Assembly: GCF_030144855.1 (NCBI RefSeq)
Contig: NC_082713.1
Coordinates: 53,816,001-53,880,000, forward strand
Source of the DNA: Hypanus sabinus
Taxonomy: Eukaryota
Direction of reading: 5' to 3'
Length of the DNA: 64,000 bases
The number at the start of each line of letters is the position of its first letter. The stretch's first letter is position 1. The position numbers and the translations under genes are program-made. The notes under the pieces were generated by a model. That model searched no databases. It was not told the DNA's origin and worked only from the letters and a program-made list of their open reading frames with translations. Positions 37,743 through 50,444 of the stretch are shown piece after piece.

Positions 37743-40155
37743 AATCCTATCCTGATAAAGGCAGAAAAAAAAACAACATTACTTGGCAGTCAACAACTAG
37801 CAGTAATACATACAGTATATACCTGGCTATCGTGGGAAGTGAAATCATCACAAAAGTGTTGCAGGTGATTTTAGAAAAGATGCTACAGGAGGTCTAGTAT
37901 TGTTTATGTACATAGGATCTCAATTATATTCATCCTGCCTTGTCTTTTTGTTGATTTGTGTGCCTCTCGCTGGACTACTGCTCTCCTTGTTATGATTTTG
38001 CTCCTTATTTCCACACCACTGCTGCTTTGAATGCTTGACTATTTAGACTTTTTGTACTCTGTTTAAGCTTGGTTACACAGTCTACGTGTTTTTTGCTTTC
38101 TATAAACAGAGCATTTTGCTGCTCTGAAGGAATACAATATTGCAGAAGGATCCCTGTTACAATGGAAGCAGGGTTCCTGCATGACCAGCTGTTTGCACCA
38201 CTCTTGCTCACATGATCTTACCCATGCTCCTCTGAGTTCAAATATGGATGGGCATCCAACATTACCTGATTACTCTGCTGGTTCAACAAAATTAACATCA
38301 ATATCACTTCAAAGATCACTCATTAAATTTCTAATTGTGCAACATCAGTTTTTGCTTTTACTTTAAGATGAGGCAAGCAATATAGAAATGTAAATATCCT
38401 TACATATTATTACATATTATGGCACAGGGTACAGTAGATGCCAAAGCTTGTTTCAGCCCCATGTGTCTTACATCTATTATTCAGTATAATCAGCAATGGA
38501 CTTCATTAAAACTCACTGAAAATACATATCTTACAGACCTAATTGACTGTAAAGGACTTTGGAACATCCTGAGGACTTGAAGGACATAATGTAGATGCAA
38601 ATATACTTTTCCTTCCCCTTCCTGTTTGAGGTCATTATGCCGGGGGGATATGAGTTGCCAGAGTGGTTTTGTGTTAAGAACGTAACTCTTTGTGTGGAAC
38701 AGAAACTCCTTTGCAGAAGTCTGCTTCCATAGCACCTCAATTTTGAAAGAAAAATTGAGATAAGTTGAGGAAGGTTGTAAACATGCTGGAGGATGCTTTA
38801 ACAGACTGTAATATAGCAATCTTCACTCTTCACTCACTAAGTGATCTTTTCCAGACTGGGCTGGATTGCACTAAGTGTCATCTTACTCCAGGAAATATCC
38901 ATCACAATCTTATGAGTATCCATGCCTCTTCTGGTCTGGTTTTTCAATCAATTACCTCCAAGTCAAGAGGATCATTCACCTCTTGATCTCCTGATTACAC
39001 ATTTTAAATTATTTGAAGATGTAAGGGTACTTCACGTGTTGATTCCATTTCAGCTGAATTCAATTGCTATTAAGCAGTAAAGTGCTTTGAGGCTAACCAG
39101 AAATCTCAGTTCACCAACCTTGTCTGTTCAATCAAAACAATTGGTTTGATCTTCACATCACAGAATTCTTATGGAAGGTTCTGGATGAAATCACCTGTCT
39201 GGAAAATCATCTAACATTATTCCAAAGCTCCAGAAGGATCTCAGATTTTTTTAAAAATTTAGAATGTTGACATATCTGTGACCTTCATATTGTACAGCAA
39301 TTATATCCCACCATGTCTTATATAACCAAATATCCAGATTTCTCCAAGTGAGTTCTTATTCTCACTCTCCTTGGGTGATTGGTGTGTACAGTGAACATTT
39401 CATGCAGTAAGTGATTGAACAGGTACACAAACATGAGAAAATAGCCATGAGACCAGACAGGTCTTCCCAGACTTTCAAAATATTTATGGCTATTCTATGC
39501 TATCTCATCTCAACTTAAGTGTCAGTTCTCCAAGACACTTAATTCATCAATCAATCAAGTATTGATGATCTAGTCCCCACTCTTTGAGGCAGAAAATTCC
39601 ATCCAGAGATTCAATTTCCTCTAAGAGAAGAAATTTCTAAATATCTTAGTTTTTAAATGACTGGCCCCTAATTTTGTAGCTGTATCTCCTTGTTCATGAT
39701 TCTCCGATTTAATTCGTTTAACGCAGGATTTGTAATAAACTGTCACGGCATGTAACGATGATGATGATGCAATGATGTAAATTAATGCTTTCTATTAGCA
39801 AAAGGAGCATATTATCTAACTTCGAACATGCAAAAATACTTAAGATGTGTCAGGAAATGTGATGGAAACTTGACCCAGAGCAGCAGCGATAATTTGGCAG
39901 TAAACAATAACTTTAATAACAGATCGCAAAATAGCATGCCGCAAGAGAGAACAGAAACTAAACATGAAAGGCAACAAGGTCAACTTTAGCCAGGGAGAGG
40001 AACACTAGGAACAACTGGTGAGGCCAGCTGGTTTGGTGAGTGAACAAGGAATGTGATTAAGAATTGCCCTTGCCCCAGATCCTCACAGCCTGTCTTTTCA
40101 GTCTTTCTGAGCTGGTGTTTAAAATTGACCAAACAACGGAACACCAAAAGACTTT

Positions 40156-40262
40156 ACACGAGGAAATCTGCAGATGCTGGAAATTCAAACAACACACACA
40201 CACAAAATGCTGGTGGAACACAGCAGGCCAGGCAGCATCTATAGGGAGAAGTGCTGTCAACA
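40156..40262 (-). mobile_element. Penelope-derived terminal repeat fragment
   Basis: aaatctgcagatgctggaaatt...acacaaaatgctggtggaacacagcaggccaggcagcatcta. Confidence 0.8.
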
Positions 40263-43200
40263 TGCTCTTTGGTGCTCTGGAGGGAGGAGTGAAGATCATG
40301 GATAATAAGCAAAATCGGCTCTCACCACTGAATAAATCCACGGCGGTGGAACCACAGGCGTCGAGGGACGGGTGGGGGCCGCAAGAGCCCAGAGGCGCAC
40401 TGGTTGCAGGATTTGGACCCGGGGTACCAAGGGCAGGCAGTGATGAATTGATAGCTATGGGCCATGGAAAATCCAGAAGCTGCTGTGCAACTGAATGGCC
40501 GGAATGGGATGAGGAGAAATCTACTGGAGAGCGTGATGGCCAGCACGTACATACAGTTATCAGGAGTGTCGGGCGGAGTAGGCTCGTGCTGGAGGGGCTC
40601 AGCAGCTCTGGCTCTCAAAGTCCCAGATGGCCAGAGTGAGGATTTGAGAGGATGGAATGGTAGGTCTTTGTTTCAACTGGGTTGAACCGTCATTACAGGG
40701 TGCCTGCCTTTATGTTCTTAGAATCAGTCGGTAGGAGGTAGTGAAATTGAATTCAGGCCTGATGAACCTGATGTAGGCTGAGCTGGCTGGTCTGTTGTAT
40801 GGATATGAGATTCTGGTGATCAGTCCAGATCAAGAAGGGCTCAGAGTTTCCCATCAGCCAATGTCTCCATTCCTCCAAGGCCCATTTATTGGTGAGTTGT
40901 TCCCTGTCTCCTACTCCATATGAAGCTGTGTAGGATTGAACCTCTGTGAAAAGTCAAAAGGTTGTGTCTTCCCAACCAGTTCTCACTGGGACAGGATGGC
41001 TGTGGCACTGACATCAGAGGCATCCACCTCTACCACAAAATGTCAGGAGGGGTTCGGATGGCAGAGAGCGAGAGCAGTGATGAAGCCCCACAGAAGCATG
41101 GAGTGCGGCAGCAAACCAGGTTATCCGTGAGGTGGGTAACTTTGCGACGGAGGTGAGAGAAGCCATGATTTCACTGTAGTTTCTGATGAAACTGCGGTAT
41201 TAATTGGAGAGGCACAAAAAGTGCTGTGGCTCTTTGAGAGTTTGCAGTTGAAACCATTGAACAACAGTGCACACTTTCTATGGTCCATGGTTATGCCTTG
41301 AGGTGAAAGGATGTAACCAGGAAGGAAATGATTGGGGTGTGAAGCTGCCGTTTTACCAACCTGCAGAACAATTGGTTTTGAGGAGACACTGAAGGACTGA
41401 ATGGATGTGACAGACATGCTCTTGGGGGTCTTGGAGAAGATGAAGATGTCATCAAGGTAGACAAACACATTCCTGAATAGCATGTCTCAGAGGAGATCAA
41501 TAATGAAAGCTTGGAAAACAACTGGGCTGTCAAAAAGTCTGAAAAGCATTACCAAGTATTCGTAATGACCAGTGGGCGTTGCGCACACTCTTACACCTGG
41601 CGAATGCAAATCAGGCAGTACACACTCGTAAATCCAGTTTGGTGAAGGTCTGGGCCTCATTGAGTGTTTTGAATATGCACAGCGGCAGGGGGAGAAGATA
41701 ACAAGTCTTATGGTAATCTCACCCAGCCGCAGCTCCTTGAAGAAACTCTTAAGAAACTGGAGCTGCAGCTTGATCACCTTCAGCTCAAATGGGAAGCTGG
41801 AGAGGTGGTAGCACCTACAGGGAGGTAGTCACCCCTAAGTTTCAGGAGGCAGGTACCTAGGTGACTGTCCAGAGAGTGAGAGGAAATGGCAGCCAGTACA
41901 GAGCATCCCTGTGGTTGTATGCCCCCTATAATAAGCATACCATTTTGGTTACTGTTAAGGGGGGCGGCCTACCATGGGGGAGCCACGGTGGCCAGGTCCC
42001 TGGCACTTACTCTGGTGCTGTGGCTCAGACGGGAAGAGGACAGCTGTAGTGAAAAGGGATTCCATAGTTAGAGAAGTAGGCACAAGATTCTATGGGCACA
42101 ATAGAGACACAAGGATGGTATGTTGCCTCTCAGGTGCCAGGGTCAGGGGCGTCTCAAATCGGGTCCACTGCATTCTAAACAGGGTGGGTGAGAAGACAGA
42201 AGTTTTGGCACACATTGGCACCAATGACATAGGTAGGAAAAGGGAGGAGGGCCTGAAGAGAATATAGGGAGTTGGGTAGAAAGCTGAAAAGCAGGACCTC
42301 CTGGGTAGTCCTCTCTGGATTGCTGCCTGTGCATTGCGCCAGTGAGGGTAAGAACAGAATGACTTCGTAGATAAATGTGTGGCTGAAGAACTGGTGCAGG
42401 GGGCAGAGTTTCAGTTGTCTGGATCATTGGGATCTCTTCCAGGGAAGGTATGACCTGTACAAAAGGTGTAGGTTACACCTGAACCAAAGGAGGACCAATA
42501 TCGTAGCAGGCAGGTTTGCTAGAACTGTCGGTGAGTGCTTAGACTAATTTGGCAAGGGGAATCAGAATCAGAGTGATAGGGCAGAGGATGGGGCAGTTGG
42601 TGTACATGCAGAGGCAGTAGGATGAGTTGCAGTGTAATGTTGAGAAAAATGAAAAGAGTGATGAATGCACAACTGATTATGTTATATTAGAATATAGGTA
42701 GTATACGGAATAAGGTAGATGAACTTGTAGCACAGGTAGAAATTGGTAGGTATGACATTATGGCTGAAAAAAGATTATAATTGGGAACTTAACAACCAGG
42801 AATATACCTAGTATAAACAGAACAGTTAGATTGGCAGTGTAGTGCTGTTATTCTGTTGGTGAAAAATGAAATCAAATCCTTAGAAATAGGTGACATAGGA
42901 TCAGAACTTGTAGAATCCTCGTGGATAGAGTTAAGAAATTGCAAAGGTAAAAAGACCCTGACAGAAGTTTTATACAGGACTCCAAACAGTAGCCAGAATG
43001 TGGGATACAAATTACAACAGGAGATAGAAAACGCATGTCAAAAGTGCAAAATTGCAATAATCATGGGGGATTTCAATATGCAAGTAGATTGGGAAAATTA
43101 GGTTGGTGCTGTACCCTGAGAGAGAATTTGTAGAATGCTTATGAGATGGTTTTTTAGAGCAGCTTGTGGTTGAACCCACTAGGGGAAAGGCATTCTGGAT

Positions 43201-43535
43201 TGGTGGTTGTGAACTGGATTTGATTACAAAGCTTAAGTTAAAGGAACTCTTAGGAGCCCGTCATGATAATATGATAGAATTAATACTGCAATTTGAGAGA
43301 GAGAAACTAAAATCAGATGTTTCACTATTACAGTGCAGTAAAGAGTCTTGAGAGGGGAGCTAACCAAAATTAATTTGAAAGGGACACTAGCAGGGATGAC
43401 GGCAGAACAGCAACAGCTGCAGTTTCTGGGAACAATTTGGAAGGCATCCCAAAAGAAGTACTGCTTGAAAGGCAGGATGATGCAACTACGGCTGACAAGG
43501 GAAGTCAAAACCCTAATAAAAGCAAATGAGAGGGT

Positions 43536-44195
43536 ATCAGAATCAGAATCAGGTTTAGTATCACTGACGTATGTTGTGAAATTCACAGCAGCAGTACAGT
43601 GCAATACATATAACAGAGAAAAAACAGCATTACGTTAAGTATATATATTAAATAGTTAAAGTAAATAAATAGTGCAAAAATAGAAATAAAAAAGTAGTCA
43701 AGTAGGGTTAATGGGTTCAGTGTCCATTCAGAAATCAAATGGCAGAGGGGAAGAGGCTGTTCCTGAATCATTGAGTGTGTGTCTCCAGACCTCTGTACCT
43801 CCTGCCTGATCATAGCAATGAGAACAAGGCATGACCTGGGTGATGGGTATCTTTAACAATGGACACGGCCTTTTTGATGCATCAATTCTTGAAGATGTTG
43901 TGGATACTAAGGAGGCTAGTGCCCATGATTGAGCTGACTAAGTTTACAACTCTCTGCATCTTTCTTTGATCCTGTGCTGTAGCCCCCCACCCCCCCCCCC
44001 ATAGCAGATGGTGATACAACCAGTCAGAATGCTCTTCGTGATACATCTGTAGAAATTTGTGAGCCTCTTTGATGATATATCAAATCTCAAACTCCTGGTG
44101 AAATATAACCGCTGTTGTGCCTTCTTTGTAGCTGCATTGCATTGATAGGTTGGGTCCAGGTTGGATCCTCAGGAGTATTGATACCCAGGAACCAG
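43536..44195 (-). mobile_element. Rex1/Babar-like LINE 3' fragment nested in CR1
   Basis: (tcagaa)n tail on the plus strand; the body is the reverse complement of the sequence type at 29340-29690. Confidence 0.85.
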
Positions 44196-44539
44196 GGAAA
44201 TTACTGGGAAGTTAGAGAATTGGGAAGCTTTTAAAAACCAAAAGAAAGCAAGTAAATCAAGCCATAAGGAGGGAAAAGGTGAAAATATGCAAGTTAGCTA
44301 GCCAATAATATCAAAAATGATACCAGAAGATTTTAAGATATATAAAGAATAAAAGGTTCAAAGTACATTTATTCTCAAAGAATGTATTAAATTATACAAG
44401 CTTGAAATTTGCTTGCTCACAGGTAGCTACAAGAAGGGAGAGAGGCAGAAAGGAAATTAAAGGCCAATTAGCCTGAACTCAGAGGGTGGGAAGATGTTGG
44501 AGTCGATTGTTAAGGAAGTGATTTTGGGGTGCTTGAAGG

Positions 44540-45031
44540 CACAGTCCAGCCGTCATGCAGCTACGGATCTTGGACCTGCATAAGGTGTCTACAGCATGGG
44601 CTATTGATAAGTTTGTGGCCTAAGGTAGAAGGAGGTGAGTTATACAGCTCTCGTTACATGCACATGTACTTCAACTCTTTGAGTGCTTATGCAGAAAATT
44701 TGAAATTCATTACTCATCGGGGTGATTGATAAGTTCATGGCCTAAGGTAGGAGATGAGTTATTAACCAAACTTTCTGCATAATCACTCAGAGTTGAACTA
44801 CATGTGCATGTAACGAGAGCTGTATAACTCACCTCCTTCTACCTTAGGCCATTAACTTATCAATCACCCCTGCTGTGGGCACTTGCTGGAGGTCCAAGAT
44901 CCATATGCTCCACGACCACTGGACTGTGTCTGTAAATGTAGGAGGGGACTATGTTGAAAAATAAATGTGCTAGGTTTTCTAAAATTGATTCCATCTACCT
45001 TAGGCCACGAACTAATCAATCACCCCTCGTA
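44540..45031. mobile_element. Mariner-derived palindromic MITE nested in CR1
   Basis: Right end ...atcaatcacccctcgTA (mariner-type TIR plus TA); ggggactatgttgaaaaataa reads GDYVEK*, like a mariner transposase end; long inverted arms at 44540-44718 and 44753-44928. Confidence 0.8.
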
Positions 45032-48000
45032 CTTGGATTTTCAGAAGGCCTTTGACAAGGTGCCATTCAAGAGGCTGCTCAGCAAGATAAGAGCCCATGG
45101 TATTACAGGAAAGATACTAGCATGCAGAGCATTGGCTGACTGGCAGGAGGCAAAGAGTGGGATTAATGGGAGCCTTTTCTGATTAGCTGCTGGTGACTAG
45201 TGATTTTCTGCAGCAATCGGGATTGGGACCACTTCTTTTTACGTTTTATGTCACTTATTTGGATGACCGAATCAATGGAATTGTGGCCAAGTTTTGTGGA
45301 CAATACGAAGTTAGGTGGAGGGCAGGTAATGTTTAGGAAGCAGAGAGGATGCAGAAGCACATAGACAGATTGGGAGAATGGGCAAAGAAGTAGCAGTTGG
45401 AATATAGCGTCAGGAAGTGTATGGTAGAAGGAATAAAAGCATAGACTATTTTCTAAATGGGGAGAAAATTCAAAAGCCTGAGGGGTAGAGGACCTCAGGA
45501 GTCCTCGTGCAGGGTTAACTAAAAGTTATCTTGCAGGTTGAGTTGGAGGTGAGGAAGGCAAATGCAATGTTAGCTTTCATTTCGAGAGGACTAGAATACA
45601 CAAGCAAGGATGCAATGCTGAGGCTTCATTATGCACTACTGAGGCCTCACTTGGAATATTGTGAGCAGTTTTAGACCCCTTATCTGAGAAGGGATACGCT
45701 GACATTGGAGAGGGTTCAGAGGAGGTTCGTGGGAATAATTCTGGGAATGAAAGTGTTATCATATGAGGAATGTTTGATGGCTCTGGGCCTGTACTCACTG
45801 GAATTTAGAAGACTGAGGGGATGATCTCAAAGGCCTAGATAGAGTGTATGCAGACAGGATGTTTCCTTTGGTGGAGGGAGTCTAGGACTAGAGGGCACAA
45901 CCTCAGAATATAAGGGCGGTTCATTTGGAACAGAGATGAGGAGGAATTTCTTCAGCCAGAGGGTGACGAATCTGTGAAATTTATTGCCACAGGTGGCTGT
46001 GGAGGCCGGCTCATTGGGTTTATTTAAGGTGGAGATTGATAGCTTCTTGATCGTTCAGGGGCAAGAAAGGTTATTGGTAGAAGGCAGGAGTATGGGATTG
46101 AGGGGGAAAATAGATCAGCCATGATGAAATGATGGAGCAGACTCAATGGACCAAATGGCCTATATCATCTCTTAGGTCTTATGGTCTGTGGTCATAGTTT
46201 ATTGAGCCCACGGTAGTCAATGCAGACACGAAGACCCCAATCTTGCCTTTTGACAAAGAATAATCCTGCGCAGCCTGGGGACAGGGATGGGCAAATGAAG
46301 CCTTAGTGTGGTACTTTGATGATATGGTCATTGATGGCTTGTGTCTCAGAAGAAGAGAGAGGGAACAGACAGCCTTGGGGTGGGGTGGTGCCCGGGAGGA
46401 GGTCAATCATGAGGTGGCAGGGCGCTGGCTTCCTTTTTACTGAAGGTGATGTCTAAGTCGTGCTATTCCTCTGGGACTTTGGCGAGGTTGAGGTTTTCTG
46501 CCACCTCCAAGGATCTGTAAGGTGAAGTCAATGGAGGTTACAGGCAGCTGGTCCCCAGCTCAGCAGTGCACCTAATGACCAGGTGAAGAGAGGGCTGTGT
46601 ATGGAGAGCAAGGAGTAACACAGGATGAGAGCAGTCGATCAGGAGGAATCGAATGGACTTGTGGTGCTCTTTGATGCTCATATGTACAGGCCGTATGTGC
46701 ATTCTGACTATTCCAGACCCCAAGGGATATCTCTCAATGGCTATATCATTGAAGGGGTAAGAGATAGGCTCAGAAGGGAATCCAAGTTGCTCACATGAAG
46801 TCTGATCCAGAAAGGTGTCTGTTGCACAGGAACCCACCAGACTGTACTGTACATGTAAAGCTGACAGTGTGGAGGAGGTCAGAGAGACTGAGGTGGGCCG
46901 GGGAGAGCTTGTCAGGTAGAAAGCCCCTTGTCTCTACCTGGAGGCATTGTTTCACAGACACAGTGGGCACTTGTTGTGTTGGTGGTCTGATTAATTGCCT
47001 CTCCACCAACAGTCAACCTCAAGGGGGTGTGAAGGGAGCTGCTCCTTAACTGCATAGATACTGGAGGCGTTGGTGTTGAAATGATTCTGGGCAACTCACT
47101 GATGATCTGGAGGGTTGTTCCATAGGACATTTGACAATACAGAGACCCAGAATGATGATGCTCCTGAGGTCAGTGGGCATTGCCTGGGTAGACAGTTCAT
47201 CTTTCAAACTCACCGAGAGACCGTGATGGTAATGGACCAGCAATGTTTCCACATTCCAGCTGCTCTCTTCCATCAGGGACTTGAATTACACTGTACAATC
47301 CTGCACAGAGCACAGGCAAAGTATTGGATCCACTATCTCCCTTCCACTTCCCAGATTGTCAGAAACCTGATGCATCTCAGCAGTGAATTCCTCCTATTTA
47401 TTGTATGTGGTGACTTTATTGTCCCATTAAGCTGTGACCCAGGTCAGAGCTCACCCAGCCAAGAGAGATAAGGAAGGCAATCTTGCCCCAATCCATAGAA
47501 TACAGCGTTGGGTTGGAGGTCAGTTAAAGCCTTCCGGCACAGGAATCTGGGGCTGACAGGGAGGAGTTGACTGGTTCAGGAGGCAGAGTGTTAGCCGAGA
47601 GGGGTGGGCAGGTGGTCAGTGTTTTCCAATTCCTTCTGGAATGTGTGCTTGTGTTGGACAACTTCCTTTAGATGAACATACTCTGCTGTCTCCATTGATG
47701 GTTCACGCATCCTGTCAGAAAATGTAGACGAGGCGTGACCCAAAAGCAGAGCAGTGGAAACAATTTAGCAGTAAACGATAACTTTAATAATAGATCACAA
47801 GGTAACAAGCCACAATGGGCCACCTAACAAGAGAGAACATATACCAAAGACATCAGGAAACAAAGTAAACTTTATTCAAGGCAATTGAAAGCTAGGAGCA
47901 ACTGATAAAGGCCCACTGGTTCAATGAGTGAACAAGGACTGTGGTTGAGAACTGGGTTTAAATAAGCTGCAGGTAGTGAGTCTGGAACAACTGGCAGGTG

Positions 48001-48939
48001 AATCCTGTTAGCTGTCTGGGGACTGGGAGGTGTCAGTGGGAGCAAGACTGATACGTTGATTAAAGTGCACCACATTTTTCTCAGGGGAGTCAAGTCAATC
48101 CTGCACAAGTAAATAATCAAACCTAGCTCCTTACTGGTCTGAATCTACTACTCTGCATCATGCAATTACTCAATCTTTTTAGCAGAATTGAAGGGTTTCC
48201 CTATTTATGTATCAACCAGAATTACATTTCTTGCCCCCAGTGTTTGTTTAGGACTTTCTAATTAGAAATGTTCAGAGCTCAGCAAAGAAATGCATGTAAC
48301 TCGTATCAAGCAGAAGAGAGGTGGCTTCAATTGTTTTGTTTTGATGAATTAATTTCAAACATTTGTTTTTCAATGTGGAAAATTACAAATCTGTGAGCAC
48401 GAAAACTCGTGTTGTCATTAAGTTGATGGCCCACAGGCAGAGGTTTTGGTCCCAACTGATAATAGCAACTCATTTTTCCAAAGAAAAAATTGCTTATTCC
48501 TCCCACACTCCGCTCTCACACAGGGACATTCTGAGGCAGAGCATCTCATTGTGTGGTTACTATTTTCCAAACAGTGTAAACTATTGAATTTTGGAAGATA
48601 AATGGTCTGGTGCAAGATGATTTTAATGATTTTAATACACTGGGTGGAACAACTGTAAGGTTCCATTAGAGAGCATTATTTTTCAATATCCTGCAGGATT
48701 TTTGACAGCACTGCAGGTTCCTGCCCAGGACAAGCAACTCCAATTGAATGCAAACCAAGCTGATGAAATGGAATTATAATAACAATAAATAAAAGATGCT
48801 TGCCTCATGAGATAATAAAATGAGTTCATACCAAGCCGATTTTCAATTTAAACCCGATGTACAGTATATCACTGTAATAAAGGAAGAAATTAGGTATCAT
48901 ATCAACTTACATCTGTTCATTGATCCCATCTAGAAAATG

Positions 48940-49368
48940 CATATTTAGATGTCAGCAGAAGTTTTGTTGTGATGCATCCCTAGCTCCCTGATTAAGTTAC
49001 TTGGAAAAAAAATTGCCCCAGTTCTTTTTGCCTTACAGGACAGTAACAGCCCACATGCCTGCACTGTCCCTTTATGTAGGCCTCCGTTAGTCTTGATAGA
49101 CCATGGATTTGCACCTTGGAAAGTTTCCAGGGTGCCAGCTTTTTTTTTATGGAAGACTGGCAGTTGCACATCTCCCCTCTCCACGCCACCGCTGTTGTCC
49201 AAGGGAAGGGCATTAGGACCCATACAGCTTGGCACCGGTGTCGTCGCAGAGCAATGTGAAGTTAAGTGCCTTGCTCAAGGACACACACTTAGCCTCAGCC
49301 AAGGCTCGAACTAGCGACCTTCAGATGACTAGACGAATGTCTTAACCATTTGGCCATGCACCAACACT
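48940..49368 (-). mobile_element. tRNA-derived SINE
   Basis: Minus-strand head with A box tggccaaatgg and B box gttcgagcc, then gtgtccttgagcaaggcacttaac. Confidence 0.8.
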
Positions 49369-49376
49369 AGTCCCTT

Positions 49377-49568
49377 TATAGCCCTGTGACCAATTAACCT
49401 ACTAACTGTACTAACCTACTAACCGGTAAGTCTTTGGGATGTGGGAGGAAACCAGAGCACAGAAAGGAAACCCGTGCGGTCACAGGGAGAATGCACAAAT
49501 TCCTTACAGACAATGGCAGGAATTGAACCCGGGTCACTAGCGCTCTAGTAACATTACGCTAACCACTA
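49377..49568 (-). mobile_element. tRNA-derived SINE (family of 20660-20915)
   Basis: Minus strand reads gtggttagcgtaatg...gacccgggttcaattcc...tttcctcccacatcccaaagac. Confidence 0.85.
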
Positions 49569-50444
49569 GTTTCAAGAGAAAAGAAAAGGGGGGAAAGCTG
49601 GTGAAAAAGCAAATGGCTGAATTGTTGCTTTAAATGTCACTGCCTAGTGCCATTATACTATGTGACGTGTGAAACTGCAATAACAAAAGTCATTTATTCT
49701 CCAGCTTTTAATACCTTACGTTCTCCCCTTTCTTCCTATTGCTTCTTTGCAAGGGGCTCATGCACATTCCAATCGACTTCATCACTAGCAAGGACAAGGT
49801 GATATTTTACACTTTTGTATATTTCCACACCATTGTTGTTCATGAAGGATAGAGGCATGGACCTTCCACAAGTAATACATAAAAATATAGATACCACTAA
49901 AGCTGTTGACAACAACTCCTGAGGCTGCAAAAAGATAGGGTAGAAACTACCTCCATTGATATAGTAACCTCTATATAAATTTCATTTTGTACAGTACGTC
50001 TCAGCCTGCTTGTTGCAGCTCCACAAACATAGAGCTGCAAACCAAACCATATTCCTGATCTTTGGTCTTCCTGATGCTGACATGGGCTTTCGCCACCAAT
50101 TTATTTCACACTCTGGCCTTGGCTTTGACCCAGATCCTGATCCTCAGTGTTCCTGTTGGCAAGCCAAAGCGTGGATCCAGCCTCACACTGAGCGCTGATA
50201 TTTCACTACCTGGCCTATGGTAAACAGTATTCACTGGAAGCCACAGGAAAGGGTTCTTAGTCTTTTGAATTTCAATGGCGATTGGTAGTCCACGGGGAGG
50301 GTTCTGGTGGATCTTTTTATCAGCACTTCTAACAATACAGGCTCACCTCATGATGATGCAGATCACAGATAGTAAACCAGTAGATAAGCCAAGGTTTAGT
50401 GTAGTCAACATTGCAGTGTACATGTAGTTAGCATGTAGTTAATG

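Larger units (their letters stand above)
41715..46192 (+). mobile_element. Decayed CR1 LINE with ORF1 SGNH esterase remnant and ORF2, inserted in the Gypsy RT
   Basis: ORF1 motifs DSIVR, CCLSGARV, HIGTNDIG and LHLN..GTNI (about 42050-42530); ORF2 motifs GDFN and YLDFQKAFDKVP; tail cttaggtcttatggtctgtggt. Confidence 0.9.
39848..48053 (-). mobile_element. Old Ty3/Gypsy (sushi/Tf2-like) LTR retrotransposon, fragmented and hosting nested insertions
   Basis: Diverged LTR-like repeats at 39848-~40063 and 47713-48053; gag ATG at 47695 and WN..LL..YHHGL..SLKDEL; RT pieces [18 protein letters not shown] and VFVYLDDIFIFSKT; RNase H FVVEVDASDV. Integrase is mostly missing. Confidence 0.85.

Noticed and set aside
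40064-40639. 191-aa ORF
   Set aside because: It crosses a Penelope-derived insert and the antisense strand of Gypsy pol.
49290-49568. tRNA genes
   Set aside because: The A/B boxes belong to SINE heads that continue into SINE bodies; no full cloverleaf is present.
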